Below are positions 19,483 to 29,904 of a stretch of DNA of 64,000 nt, piece after piece (position 1 is the first letter of the stretch; each line of letters opens with the position of its first letter). This stretch comes from an uncultured Actinomycetota bacterium. GTDB lineage: Bacteria; Actinomycetota; Actinomycetes; JAFAQI01. Position numbers and translations under genes: made by a program. Below the pieces are notes generated by a model that was given only the letters and a program-made list of their open reading frames with translations, did no database searches and was not told the origin of the DNA. Location: NCBI GenBank assembly GCA_963770565.1, contig CAVYQE010000006.1, positions 131,395 to 195,394 of the forward strand, read 5' to 3'.

Positions 19483-20679
19483 ATGGCTGACGACGTGTGG
19501 ATCCTCGGGATCACGATGACCAAGTTCGGCAAGCACCGGGACCGCGACGCGGTCGACCTTGCGGCCGAGGCCGCGACCGGCGCACTTGCCGACGCCGGCG
19601 TCACGATGGCCGACATCGGCGTCCTCGCGGCCGGGACCCTGCGAAGCGGAGCGGGCATCGGCCAGCAGCTGCAGAAGCAGATCGGGCAGACCGGCATCCC
19701 GGTCTACAACGTCACCAACGCATGCGCGACCGGCGCGACCGCGCTGCGGACCGCGATCATGGCGATCAAGGCGGGCGAGGCGGACTACGGCCTCGCCTTC
19801 GGCGTCGAGAAGCTGTCCGGGGTCGGGCTGCTCGCGGGCGCCCAACGGGCCGAGACCTCGACCTGGGAGCCGGCCGGCCGGTACGGCGCGGTAGCCGCGC
19901 TCGACGGCCGGGTCGGCACCGAGACGATGCCCGGTGTCTTCGCCCAGATCGGGATGGAGTACGGCCACCTGTACGGCGGGGCGAGCTTCGAGCTGTTCGC
20001 GCGGATCGCCGAGAAGAACCACGCGCACTCGACCCTGAATCCGCTCGCGACGTATCAGAAGCGGATGTCGCTCGAAGAGATCATGGGCGACGTGATGATC
20101 GCCTACCCGAACACTCGCTCGATGTGCTCGGCGAACTGCGACGGCGCCGCGGCGGCGGTCGTCGTGAGCGACGCGAAGCTGAAGACGCTGTCGCTCGAGC
20201 AGCGCCGACGGGCGGTGAAGGTCGCGGCGTCGGTGCTGACCAGCGACCCCTGGCAGGACGCCTGCCAGGTGTTGCCCGACGTCAACACGCTGACCAGGCA
20301 GGCGGCGGCCAAAGCGTACGAGCAGGCCGGCATCGGCCCGGCGGATCTCGACCTGGTCGAGTTGCACGACTGCTTCGCGACTGCGGAGCTCGTGCACTAC
20401 GACAACCTCGGGTTGTGCGAGCCCGGTGGGGCGGTCGACTTCTTCTCCTCCGGTGCGCCGTGGCGCGACGGGCGGATGCCGGTGAACGTCTCGGGCGGGC
20501 TCGAGTCGAAGGGCCACCCGATCGCCGCGACCGGGATCGCGAACATCTGGGAGGTGGCGACGCATCTGCGCGGCGAGGCCGGCGACCGGCAGATCGAGGG
20601 CGCCAAGGTGGGCCTGGCTCACGTCATCGGCCTTGGGTCGTCCTGCGGCGTGCACGTGCTGGAGAAGGCCGCCGCGTAA
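19483..20679 (+). CDS. Thiolase family protein (SCP2/lipid-transfer type)
   Basis: NACATG, ELHDCF, NVSGGLESKGHP. Confidence 0.92.
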   Translation: MADDVWILGITMTKFGKHRDRDAVDLAAEAATGALADAGVTMADIGVLAAGTLRSGAGIGQQLQKQIGQTGIPVYNVTNACATGATALRTAIMAIKAGEADYGLAFGVEKLSGVGLLAGAQRAETSTWEPAGRYGAVAALDGRVGTETMPGVFAQIGMEYGHLYGGASFELFARIAEKNHAHSTLNPLATYQKRMSLEEIMGDVMIAYPNTRSMCSANCDGAAAAVVVSDAKLKTLSLEQRRRAVKVAASVLTSDPWQDACQVLPDVNTLTRQAAAKAYEQAGIGPADLDLVELHDCFATAELVHYDNLGLCEPGGAVDFFSSGAPWRDGRMPVNVSGGLESKGHPIAATGIANIWEVATHLRGEAGDRQIEGAKVGLAHVIGLGSSCGVHVLEKAAA

Positions 20680-20709
20680 ATCCGCCACCGGGACCTTTGC
20701 CTAGGCACT

Positions 20710-20750
20710 GTGACAATTAGCCTAAAAGTCACCGGTCGGCTTATTGTCAC
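20710..20750. promoter_or_regulatory. Inverted repeat upstream of the large-protein pair (operator or terminator)
   Basis: GTGACAATTAGCC...GGCTTATTGTCAC. Confidence 0.4.
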
Positions 20751-20778
20751 GAGCGCACAAGGCGCCTAGGTTGCCGAC

Positions 20779-23700
20779 ATGGCCGAAGGTCACGGGGGGA
20801 CCGACCGGACCTTTTCGCGTCGGTCCTTCATCGTTTACAGCGCGGGCGCCGTCGGGGTGGTCGCCTACGGCGACGGAGTTCGCCCGACCGAGGATCGGCT
20901 CGGGCGATTCGTTCCCGACGCGATCGCGACACCGAAGCCGAACTTCGCGCTGATCATGCGGCGGGCCTCGGACCAGTGTGTCCTGACGCTCGGCTTCTGG
21001 AACATGACCGCCGACTTCACCAAGTCGCCGCCCGTGGTGAAGTCGCTCAACACGGCCAAGACCAACTACCTCACGGTGAGCTTCGGCGTCGTCGGAGCTG
21101 ACTTCGCCGCTGACCTGTCCTCGCCCGCGCCGCAGAACATCGCCGAGCAGGCGTTCCCGCTGGTGGCCAGTGGGCTCAAGAGCCAGACCGGCGGGCACAA
21201 GCCGCCGGCGTCGTCCAAGGCGGTCGGCGACCCGGCAGTCGATGCGCGGGTGTCCGGCGGGTCGCAACTCGCCTTCATCGTGCCGAACAGCGCGGTCGAG
21301 CCCGGCGCGACGTCGCCGCTGACCCTCGACGCCGACACCCTGCTGAGCTGGATCAACTACGAGCTGTCCGTCGTACCGGTTGCGCTCCCGCCATTGACCG
21401 CGATGAGCCAGGGGCCGAGCAACTTCAAGGGCCTCAAAGCTCCCTCGCCGACCCAGACCGCGATCGAAATGCCCTACCGGGTCGTGCTGTCGCCACCGGC
21501 CATTGCAGCCGAGGGCATTCAGTTCGGTGGTTCGCGCGCGACGACGGTGTTCGTGAACGCGACCGAGCCGGTGACCCACAACGGCTGGACCGAGCTCTGG
21601 CACACCAGAATGGCGGCCAAGCACGAGATCCTCGTCGTGCCCGATGCGCGGCGCGACGCCGATCCCGACATCATCATCGGGACGTACGAGACGATCGTCG
21701 ACGAGACCGACCGTGCCCTGATGACGGTTCGCGCGGTGTGGTGCACCGACCTGTCGTTCCCCGGCGACCTCGTCAAGGACCTCAGCGAGCCGAAGCAGGA
21801 CGCCCCCAAGTTCACGACGTCGCTCGCCTACGAGGACCGGTACGACATCGTCCGGCTCTCGTCGGACTTCACCAAGTCGCCGAAGGGCCCGTTCGGCCGG
21901 AAAGGTACGTCGACCACCGGCCGGGAGCTGACCACACCGTTCATCCCCTCGCCCGCGACGGTCGACCGTTTGATGCTGACGTCACTCGGTGGCTGGCTGG
22001 AAAGCGATGCGCACTGGAACCTGCCGAAACAAGCGGTACCGCGGACGAAGAAGGGCAAGCCGCCGCCGAAGATCTACAACTCGTCGCTGCTGTCGTGGCG
22101 CCATCGCGCGGTGCAGGGGCGGGACAGTTACGTGCGGGTGGTCCGCAAGGGTTATCTGTTCCCGTGGGGTCACCTCGCCTCGCTGGTCAAGATCACCGAG
22201 CGGGAGATCGCCGACAAGAACGGCCACCCTGGCGCCTACTTGAGGCAGAAGGTCTTCATCGTCATCTCGAACCCGGTGAAGAACTACGGGTTCTCCGGCG
22301 ACTTCGCGCCGCACGCCGGTCACGGCATGCCGTTCAGCTCGGTCGAGGCGCTCACGCTGGTCTCGCCCGACATCGAGGAGGGCAAGAAGCCACCCGAGGC
22401 GTACACCTCGCACCAGCACGGCAACGTCGAGCTGTGCTTCCAGCCCGACCTCGGCGACCACAAGCCGTTCCTGTTCCACTTCCGCGGCACCGACTGGGCC
22501 GGTGCGCCGATCGACTTCCACTCCCCGGTGGTCTGGGTGGACGACACCGTTGCCTACGGCGACGGCAACGCCAACCACGAGTTCATGAAGGCGCTGCTCA
22601 AGAAGTGGCACGACAACAACCCGACCATCACGCTCGACAACCAGCGGGTGAGCGTCGCCCCCCCGAGCAACCCGAACGCACCGAGTAACACCCAGCAGGT
22701 GCTGTCCAGCTTCAAGCTCGACGCGGTCTCACCGACGAGCGGTACGTCGGCACAGAGCCTGATCAACGCCAGCCAGCCCGCGTTCTATCCGTTCCTGCGC
22801 GAGATGACGGTCAGCTCACCCGAGGCCGAGGCCGCGTCCGGCAAGGCGATCGGTGGATCGGTCCTCGAATACAACTCGACCAACTATCTCAACCACAGCG
22901 GGTTCAACAAATCGAAGAACCCCGGTGGGATCTACCTCAGCCGGGTGTCCGGGGCCAAGCGGCAGGCCATCACTTTCAAGTCCGATCACTCCGGTGGCTC
23001 GATCACACCGAACATCGGCATCGACGGCATGTCGCGGGCGGTCGGCCCGGTCTCCGGCAATATCAACGACCTTGCGAAGGGCAAGTTCGAGCCGAAGGAG
23101 GTCTTCCCGACCTCCGGCCCGAATGCGATCAACGCGAAGCTGCTCGGCGGGATCCAGCTGGCGACCATCCTCCAGTCGGTCCCTTTCGGCGAGGACGCGG
23201 ACAACTCCTCGACCTTCACGATCATGACGCAGGAGCTGCAGAGCCCGCACCGGATCGTCACGACGGTCGACTGGCACCCGCCGATTCAGTCGGGCGGACC
23301 GCCCGGCGCGGACGACCTGTTCGACCCGACCGGCGACACCGACAACTCGATGGACCTGCACGCGGTGCTGGTCACCTCACTCGACCCGAGCCATCCGTCG
23401 ACCTCGACCGTGACCGGGCAGATCCTCGACTTCGACCTGAACCTCTACGGCACGGACGAGTCGACGTACTTCATCCAGATCCCGTTCGACAGCCTGACCT
23501 TCCGGTCCAAGACCGGCCAGAAGACCGACGTCCAGGTGCAGGTCAACGCCGACGGTGTCGCGTTCAAGGGCCCGCTGAGCTTCGTGCAGGACCTCGCGAG
23601 CTACCTCAGCTTCGACGGCAGCGGGCTCACGATCAGCACGGCTGGCTCGGCGATCACCGCCGACCTGACGCTGGCGATCCCGAACATCACCTGCGGGGTC

Positions 23701-24417
23701 TTCGCGCTCGACAACATCGCGTTCAGCGCAGGGGTTGCGATCCCGTACAACGGCGATCCGGTCGTCTTCGACTTCGCCTTCTGCTCGGTAGACAACCCGT
23801 TCCAGCTCGAGATCATGATCTTCACGGGCGGCGGGTACGTCGCCCTGACGATCGGCCCGAACGGGATCCAGTCGTTCGCGCTCGGCTTCGACTTCGGCCT
23901 CGGCTACTCGATCGATATCGGGATCGCGAGCGGCCAGGTCTCGCTCGTGGGCGGCATCTCCTACTCCTCCACCCAGCTGCAGCCGCACGGGCAGCAGGTC
24001 GACCTGACGGCGTACGTCAAGGCGAGCGGCGGCATTTCCGCGCTCGGCGTGATTTCGGTCTCGGTCGAGCTGTATCTCGGGTTGACCTACCAGTCGACGG
24101 ACGGCAACAGCGAGCTGATCGGCGAAGCGTCGATGTCGATCTCGGTGCACGTGCTGTTCTTCGGGTTCAGCGTCGGCATCGACGTCCAGGAGACCTTCGC
24201 CGGCAGCTCCACCAGCGGCGGCGGAGGGGCGATCGCGCACCATCAGGCGACGCACCGGGTCGGGCACAGCTCGGCGCATCGTGCGTTGCCCGGCGCCCTC
24301 CCGCGCGCAATCCGGCACGCCGACACACCCGACCCGACCGCCCCCAACACGTTCGGCGGTTCGATGACCGCCGACCAGTGGGCGGCCTACTGCACCTCGT
24401 TCGCGCTGGTCGGGTAG
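20779..24417 (+). CDS. Large hypothetical protein (1212 aa) with Tat signal and beta-rich C-terminus
   Basis: FSRRSFI twin-arginine motif plus hydrophobic stretch; strong GC3 codon bias. Confidence 0.85.
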   Translation: MAEGHGGTDRTFSRRSFIVYSAGAVGVVAYGDGVRPTEDRLGRFVPDAIATPKPNFALIMRRASDQCVLTLGFWNMTADFTKSPPVVKSLNTAKTNYLTVSFGVVGADFAADLSSPAPQNIAEQAFPLVASGLKSQTGGHKPPASSKAVGDPAVDARVSGGSQLAFIVPNSAVEPGATSPLTLDADTLLSWINYELSVVPVALPPLTAMSQGPSNFKGLKAPSPTQTAIEMPYRVVLSPPAIAAEGIQFGGSRATTVFVNATEPVTHNGWTELWHTRMAAKHEILVVPDARRDADPDIIIGTYETIVDETDRALMTVRAVWCTDLSFPGDLVKDLSEPKQDAPKFTTSLAYEDRYDIVRLSSDFTKSPKGPFGRKGTSTTGRELTTPFIPSPATVDRLMLTSLGGWLESDAHWNLPKQAVPRTKKGKPPPKIYNSSLLSWRHRAVQGRDSYVRVVRKGYLFPWGHLASLVKITEREIADKNGHPGAYLRQKVFIVISNPVKNYGFSGDFAPHAGHGMPFSSVEALTLVSPDIEEGKKPPEAYTSHQHGNVELCFQPDLGDHKPFLFHFRGTDWAGAPIDFHSPVVWVDDTVAYGDGNANHEFMKALLKKWHDNNPTITLDNQRVSVAPPSNPNAPSNTQQVLSSFKLDAVSPTSGTSAQSLINASQPAFYPFLREMTVSSPEAEAASGKAIGGSVLEYNSTNYLNHSGFNKSKNPGGIYLSRVSGAKRQAITFKSDHSGGSITPNIGIDGMSRAVGPVSGNINDLAKGKFEPKEVFPTSGPNAINAKLLGGIQLATILQSVPFGEDADNSSTFTIMTQELQSPHRIVTTVDWHPPIQSGGPPGADDLFDPTGDTDNSMDLHAVLVTSLDPSHPSTSTVTGQILDFDLNLYGTDESTYFIQIPFDSLTFRSKTGQKTDVQVQVNADGVAFKGPLSFVQDLASYLSFDGSGLTISTAGSAITADLTLAIPNITCGVFALDNIAFSAGVAIPYNGDPVVFDFAFCSVDNPFQLEIMIFTGGGYVALTIGPNGIQSFALGFDFGLGYSIDIGIASGQVSLVGGISYSSTQLQPHGQQVDLTAYVKASGGISALGVISVSVELYLGLTYQSTDGNSELIGEASMSISVHVLFFGFSVGIDVQETFAGSSTSGGGGAIAHHQATHRVGHSSAHRALPGALPRAIRHADTPDPTAPNTFGGSMTADQWAAYCTSFALVG

Positions 24418-24425
24418 GGATCCGG

Positions 24426-27400
24426 ATGAGCATCAAGCAGGCGATGATCTGGACCGTCCTCCCGGTCGGCCAGACCAAGGTCACCGGCCGCGTCAAGCCG
24501 GGCATCTACCTCGACTTCTCGGTGATCATCTCGCCGCGCCTCGAGTCGTCGAGCAGTGCCGAGCTCACGCTGTCCGACTTCCCCGACTGGTCGCAGACGC
24601 CGTCCACCGGGGTGAGTCAGGGCCGGACCTGGCCGGACACGATCGCGGCCCTCGAGCCGAGCTTCGAGCTGCACCTTCCGCAGCTGCCCGGCTCGCCGAC
24701 GTACCACGCCGAGTTCGTGCATACGACGAGCGGCGTGCTGTTCGGGTCGCAGTCGCCGGATCCGACCCGCTGGGCGGCAATGTTCCCACCCGATACGCCG
24801 GTGACGCCGTACGTCTTCAAGGGGATGGGGTCGCGGCAGATCCGGTCCGCGCCGGTGGGGCAGCTCAGCGACACGATCACGTCGCTGTACGGCAAGTTCG
24901 GCGTTTCGTCGCCGACCGCGTTCCCGCTGTATGAGCACCTGGCGCCGGCGGACGCGTTCGGCGCGATCGGCTTCCAGCAGCTCTTCACACTCAATCGCGC
25001 CCAGGGCGACCAGCATCCGGACCCGGGCATCCACGGCATCGGGGTCGACCGCAAGAAGCAGCTGACGGATCTGCTCGAGCACCAGATCAAGCAGTCGCGG
25101 GCGATTCCGTACGACCTGGTGACATTGGCGAAGTCGCTCGGCTCGAACGAGCCGCCGGGGGCCGCGACCTCGCTCGCGTTCATCCAGGAGCAGCAGTTCC
25201 TCCAGCGCGGGCTCAAGCCGCACAAGACGCCGGTCGCCCCGGTGACGCCGCCGCAGTGGGACTTCCACCAGATCGTCGCGGCGATCGGGAGCCAGCCGTC
25301 CCTGCTTCGCATTCTGGGTCTGGTGCTCGACCTCCGCGCCGGGCCGGTCGGCCCGGAGGTGCTGGCGGCGTGGAAGACCGCGGCCGCCAACAAGAAGCTG
25401 GTCCCGACCGAAGCGATCTTCGTCTTCAACGGCAACAAGCTGCTGTGGCCACCGGGTACGACGGCCAACCATACCCAGTCGGTCCGGCCGCCGACCGCGA
25501 CCGAAACGGATCTCGGGGTCTTCCGGGCCCAGCCGCTCGATCCGAGCAAGACCGATCTCGACGGCCGGATGCTCAAGCTCGGCGACCGCGCGCTGTATCG
25601 GATCATCCGGATCGATCACGACAACGCAGCCATCAAGGCGATGCAGTTCGCCGACAACCTGACCCGCAGCCGGCAGCAGGGCCAGAAGCTGACCCTCACG
25701 ACGCCGGATCGGTTCGCATTGCCTGCGTTGCGAACCGGTGGGTTTGCGATCGCTCGATCCGGTCGTGCGGTGCAGATGGCCGCGACGCTGGAGCGCCAGA
25801 CGACGGCGTTGCAGGACGCCTACTTCGGGAGCGCGACGAAGAAGCCGTTGTATGCCGAGGACATCACCCGCGGCTACCGCTTCGACGTCTTCTCCAAGCC
25901 GGACCCGGTCTGGCGCTCATTGATGTGGCGGCAGGGCACCATCACGGTGCTCGGGACGCCGCCGGTTTCGATCCTCGAGGAGGACACCGTCGTACCGGCG
26001 CCGACTACGGCGACGAAGTCCGGGGCCGGCGACCTGTATCTGCAGGAGACGCTCACTCGCTGGGACGGGTGGAGCCTCGGTGTGCCTCGTATCGGCACCG
26101 CCTTCTACGACCCGAACACCCAGTCGCCGCCGCCGTCGAACCAGGGCTCGAGCGGCTTCAACCTCGCCACCGCCTGGCAGGTGCCGGGCAGCACCGCGGT
26201 CGCAGACACCACCGAGACGGGCACCGACAACCTGCTGAGGCTGCCGAGGCTGCGCTTCGGCTGGCCGTACCAGCTGCGCGGCCGCGCGGTCGACCTGGCC
26301 GGGAACTCGCTGCTCCCGGCGCAGGCGCCGAAGACCGGCGGCGCGCTGATCAGTTCATACGAGGCCCACCTGCGGGTCGAGCCGGTGCCGGCCCCGCGGA
26401 TGCTGTTGCTGAACCCGCCGGGTCCGGCCGCCTCGGAAGAGGTCATGGTCATCCGCAGCGAGAACGCGACCCAGGACGGGACGCTGCCGATCGACACCGG
26501 CGTCTCGACCCGGATCATCCTGCCGGCCCCGACGTCGGTGTTCATGGCGGAGCAGCACGGCGCCTGGGACTTGTCGGCGACCGGCAAGCCGATGGACGAC
26601 TCGACCGGGCGGTACGACGACATCGCGCTGCGTGATGCGACCACGATCGAGAGCCTGGGAACGCTGGAGAACCCGAGCGTCGTACACAGCCAGACGAACC
26701 CCTACCTGTTTTCCGGCTACCAGCCGATCACCTATCTGCCCGAGTTCATCGGCCGGACCGCACTCGTCCGCGGCCTGCCGATCAACAGCAGCAAGCAGAC
26801 CGTGGCGAAGCTGCCGTTCGACACGGCGGGTGCGGGCTGGCCGAAGCTGCAGGCGTGCCGGATCCAGCTCACCCGTGGCGTGCCGAACTGGCACACCCAG
26901 ACCGTCACCGACCCGGGCGACTCGTCGAACGTCACGACCGAGCTGTTCCTGACCCTCGCCAAGGGCGACATGATCACCTGTCTGCTCAACTGCGAGATCA
27001 ACGCGGCGACGCTGGACGTGATGGGGGTCTGGGAGTGGATCCAGGCCGAGGCGGCGGCGGCCGGTCTGAGCAGCGCGAAGATCAACGCAATCCGGAACTC
27101 GATCCTGGCCGGCGAGCACTGGATGTTCACGCCGTGGCGCGAAATCCGTTTCGTGCACGCCGTACGCACCCCATTGCTGGCGCCGCGGCTGTTCCTGTCG
27201 CCGAGCAAGTCGGCGGTCGGTCAGACGTTCGCTGCTTTCCTGGGCCTGAAGAACGCGCTCTGGGGCACGGTCGAGATGAGCCGCAAGAGCACGGCGCGGA
27301 TCGACGTCGACGGGACCTGGGCGATGCCGATCGACACCGGGACGAACGCCGACCCGGTCACGCCGGTGCAGTTCGCCGGGCATGCGTTCAGCCTCGAGAT

Positions 27401-28937
27401 CCCGCGGATCGGGATCGGCAAGCGACCCGACGCGGCCGGCCTGTCGGGCGTCCCGCTGGTCGAGTTCGAGAACTTCGACGAGGCGCATCAGTTCGGCGAC
27501 ACGAAGTTCCGTGCGGTCAACTACTCCGCGACGGCGACCAGCTTCTACATCGAGTACTTCCGCCAGCAGCTCACCCTGAACTCGACCGCGGATCCGATCG
27601 CAGCGGTGCGCGGTGCTGGCGCGGTCAAGCCGGGCGTCGCGTTCGAGGGGACCACGGTCAAGCTGCTGCTCGTCGGCACGGACAACACCGACCCGAGCAA
27701 CCCGAAGATCCAGACCCGGCCGTTGGTCGAGGCGCCGGTCGGGACCGACCCGAACATCGCGGCGCCGACGCCCGGCGACTACGTGGTCGTGCAGGACCCG
27801 ACCCTGGCGAGCGACCCGTCCGGGGCGGTCAACGGCACGGTCCAGATCCTGACCAACAGCACGATCAAGTCTTCGGACGTCAACGGCACGCCGACCGTCG
27901 TCTTCTCCTATGTCGGGCCCACGATCCACACCTACTCGGACCCGTCGACCGACCACACGACCGCGAAGTACATGCATGTGCCGAACTCGGCCCGCCCGGC
28001 CGCACCCGACGTGCTCTACGTGATCCCGGTCTACAAGCGGGCGGCGACGAACAAGTCGATCACCCGCACCGGCGGCGCGCTTCGCGTCTACATGAACCGG
28101 CCGTGGTGGTCCAGTGGCGACAAGGAGCGACTCGGTGTCGTTTGCTGGCATCAGGGCTCGAAGAACAAGAACCCGTTGCCGCCTTCGAGCCTCGCGCCGT
28201 ACGTCACGCAGTGGGGCTTCGACCCGATCCATGTCTCCCGCGAGACGCTGACGTCGAAGACGAAGCAGCCGACACCGTCGTGCTTCCCGTTCGCGACCGC
28301 CAGCAGCGGCAACGGATCGCTGACGATCGCCGAGGTTTCCGGGAAGGTCGACGTTGCCGGCCACGACGTCGGCTTCGACAGCACCCGCAACCTCTGGTAC
28401 GCCGACATAAAGGTGACCTCACCGAGTGGCGCCGAGCTCGAGTCGTACACGCCGTTCATCAGGTTCGCGTTCGCGCGCTACCAACCGACGTCGATTCCCA
28501 ACACGCACTTGTCGAAGGTGGTCACTGTCGACTACGCGCAGCTTGCGCCGAACCGCCACGTGACGGTCGTCGGCTCGTCGAACGGCAACAACGGCGGCCA
28601 GTTCGCCGTCACGGTGGCCGGTTATGCGCCGATCACGACCCACAAGGGCAAGGCGTCGACGGGCGCGTCACGAATGCGGCTGACGGTCGAGTCGATGGAC
28701 GACCGGATCCTCGACGACGCGCTGGCGTGGAAGCCGATGACCGTCAACGGACGGCGGCTCAGCCAGGACTTGGTGTCGTCGGTAGCCGACACCGACCGGG
28801 TGACGTGGTCGGGGTCGGTCGTCATCCCGAGCGGCGCGGCGCCAACTCGGATGACGATCGAGGAGTTCGAGCTGATCGACGGCTCTGAGCGGCTCGCCTT
28901 CACCGACAGCATCCCGGTCGCCGGCCTCGTCACCTGA
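24426..28937 (+). CDS. Large hypothetical protein (~1503 aa), no evident signal peptide
   Basis: Long GC3-biased ORF starting 8 bp after the previous stop. Confidence 0.85.
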   Translation: MSIKQAMIWTVLPVGQTKVTGRVKPGIYLDFSVIISPRLESSSSAELTLSDFPDWSQTPSTGVSQGRTWPDTIAALEPSFELHLPQLPGSPTYHAEFVHTTSGVLFGSQSPDPTRWAAMFPPDTPVTPYVFKGMGSRQIRSAPVGQLSDTITSLYGKFGVSSPTAFPLYEHLAPADAFGAIGFQQLFTLNRAQGDQHPDPGIHGIGVDRKKQLTDLLEHQIKQSRAIPYDLVTLAKSLGSNEPPGAATSLAFIQEQQFLQRGLKPHKTPVAPVTPPQWDFHQIVAAIGSQPSLLRILGLVLDLRAGPVGPEVLAAWKTAAANKKLVPTEAIFVFNGNKLLWPPGTTANHTQSVRPPTATETDLGVFRAQPLDPSKTDLDGRMLKLGDRALYRIIRIDHDNAAIKAMQFADNLTRSRQQGQKLTLTTPDRFALPALRTGGFAIARSGRAVQMAATLERQTTALQDAYFGSATKKPLYAEDITRGYRFDVFSKPDPVWRSLMWRQGTITVLGTPPVSILEEDTVVPAPTTATKSGAGDLYLQETLTRWDGWSLGVPRIGTAFYDPNTQSPPPSNQGSSGFNLATAWQVPGSTAVADTTETGTDNLLRLPRLRFGWPYQLRGRAVDLAGNSLLPAQAPKTGGALISSYEAHLRVEPVPAPRMLLLNPPGPAASEEVMVIRSENATQDGTLPIDTGVSTRIILPAPTSVFMAEQHGAWDLSATGKPMDDSTGRYDDIALRDATTIESLGTLENPSVVHSQTNPYLFSGYQPITYLPEFIGRTALVRGLPINSSKQTVAKLPFDTAGAGWPKLQACRIQLTRGVPNWHTQTVTDPGDSSNVTTELFLTLAKGDMITCLLNCEINAATLDVMGVWEWIQAEAAAAGLSSAKINAIRNSILAGEHWMFTPWREIRFVHAVRTPLLAPRLFLSPSKSAVGQTFAAFLGLKNALWGTVEMSRKSTARIDVDGTWAMPIDTGTNADPVTPVQFAGHAFSLEIPRIGIGKRPDAAGLSGVPLVEFENFDEAHQFGDTKFRAVNYSATATSFYIEYFRQQLTLNSTADPIAAVRGAGAVKPGVAFEGTTVKLLLVGTDNTDPSNPKIQTRPLVEAPVGTDPNIAAPTPGDYVVVQDPTLASDPSGAVNGTVQILTNSTIKSSDVNGTPTVVFSYVGPTIHTYSDPSTDHTTAKYMHVPNSARPAAPDVLYVIPVYKRAATNKSITRTGGALRVYMNRPWWSSGDKERLGVVCWHQGSKNKNPLPPSSLAPYVTQWGFDPIHVSRETLTSKTKQPTPSCFPFATASSGNGSLTIAEVSGKVDVAGHDVGFDSTRNLWYADIKVTSPSGAELESYTPFIRFAFARYQPTSIPNTHLSKVVTVDYAQLAPNRHVTVVGSSNGNNGGQFAVTVAGYAPITTHKGKASTGASRMRLTVESMDDRILDDALAWKPMTVNGRRLSQDLVSSVADTDRVTWSGSVVIPSGAAPTRMTIEEFELIDGSERLAFTDSIPVAGLVT

Positions 28938-28967
28938 GGCACCGTTCGGCGTAGGGCGAGCGTTGAT

Positions 28968-29028
28968 GGGGCCGTTGCGCCCTTTGGTTTCGGGACCTAT
29001 GCGCGTTCCGGACGGGACCTTTGGCTCT
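28968..29028 (+). promoter_or_regulatory. Tandem GGGACC-type boxes (DosR/DevR-like operator candidate)
   Basis: GGGGCCGTTGCGCCC (28968), GGGACCTATGCG (28992), GGGACCTTTGGCTCT (29014). Confidence 0.35.
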
Positions 29029-29127
29029 CCCGGCTCAGTCCCGGCTGAGCGACTCTAACTGCAGTGGGATCTGCCGACCGGTGGTCCCGGGAATGCCGGG
29101 GAACCGGCCGTGTAGAAGGAGATCATC

Positions 29128-29739
29128 ATGAAGCGGAGGACATTCGACGCGATGCTGGCCCTCGCTGGCGTTGTGATCGCGATCGTGCTCGTCGTCGCGG
29201 GTGGGCTGCTCAGCTGGGGCCACTCGTTCATCGACAACCAGGTGCACTCGCAGCTTGCGGCGCAGAAGATCTTCTTCCCGCCCGCATCAGCGTTTGACCA
29301 CGCGAAGGCCGGCACGGAGATCACGCCGGACATGAAGCAGTACCTGGGCAAGTACGCCGGCAAGCAAATGACGACCGGTGCCGAGGCTGGTGCCTACGCC
29401 AACCACTTCATCGCGGTTCACCTCCAGGAGATTGGCGGCGGCCAGACTTACGCTCAGCTTTCCGCGAAGTCCCTTGCCGACCCGAACAACACCGCCCTCG
29501 CCGGCCAGGTTGCGACTGTCTTCAAGGGTGAGACGCTGCGTGGCCTGCTGCTCAACGCCTACGCGTTCGGCAAGATGGGCACCATCGCGGGTATCGGCGC
29601 GATCGTTGCCTACATCGGTGCTGGCTTGATGCTGCTGCTCGCGGCACTCGGGTTCCTGCACCTGCGCCGGACCACACCAGAGGCCGAGGTCCTTCCGAAG
29701 CTCGGTGCACACACGCCGGCTCCGGTTGAGAAGGTCTGA
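29128..29739 (+). CDS. Conserved-looking actinobacterial membrane protein (2 TM)
   Basis: AAGGAG RBS; N- and C-terminal TM; FKGETLRGLLLNAY block. Confidence 0.85.
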   Translation: MKRRTFDAMLALAGVVIAIVLVVAGGLLSWGHSFIDNQVHSQLAAQKIFFPPASAFDHAKAGTEITPDMKQYLGKYAGKQMTTGAEAGAYANHFIAVHLQEIGGGQTYAQLSAKSLADPNNTALAGQVATVFKGETLRGLLLNAYAFGKMGTIAGIGAIVAYIGAGLMLLLAALGFLHLRRTTPEAEVLPKLGAHTPAPVEKV

Positions 29740-29758
29740 CGCAAGTAGCAAATACGGA

Positions 29759-29792
29759 CGAAGGCCCCGCCGATCCCCCGGCGGGGCCTTCG
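29759..29792 (+). terminator. Intrinsic terminator hairpin
   Basis: CGAAGGCCCCGCCG-6nt-CGGCGGGGCCTTCG 20 bp after stop. Confidence 0.8.
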
Positions 29793-29806
29793 CCGCGTAC
29801 TGCGTT

Positions 29807-29869
29807 TGTTGATCATGGCGAACCGAGCGATTTTCGGAGCAATTTCGGCTCGGTTCGCCATGATCAACA
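29807..29869. repeat. 22-bp perfect inverted repeat (GATCATGGC...GCCATGATC palindromic element)
   Basis: TGTTGATCATGGCGAACCGAGC ... GCTCGGTTCGCCATGATCAACA. Confidence 0.8.
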
Positions 29870-29904
29870 TTTCGTCACGGCCGGCCGCCTGGGCTGGTGG
29901 GAAG

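Noticed and set aside
17824-20688. 954-aa minus-strand ORF and similar long shadow ORFs (e.g. 26355-28364, 26855-28888, 9476-10969)
   Set aside because: Antisense or alternate-frame shadows of well-supported high-GC genes, with Arg/Gly/Pro-biased composition.
20779-28937. Contractile injection system or RHS toxin locus
   Set aside because: No sheath, tube, baseplate, VgrG or YD-repeat motifs were recognised in or near the pair.
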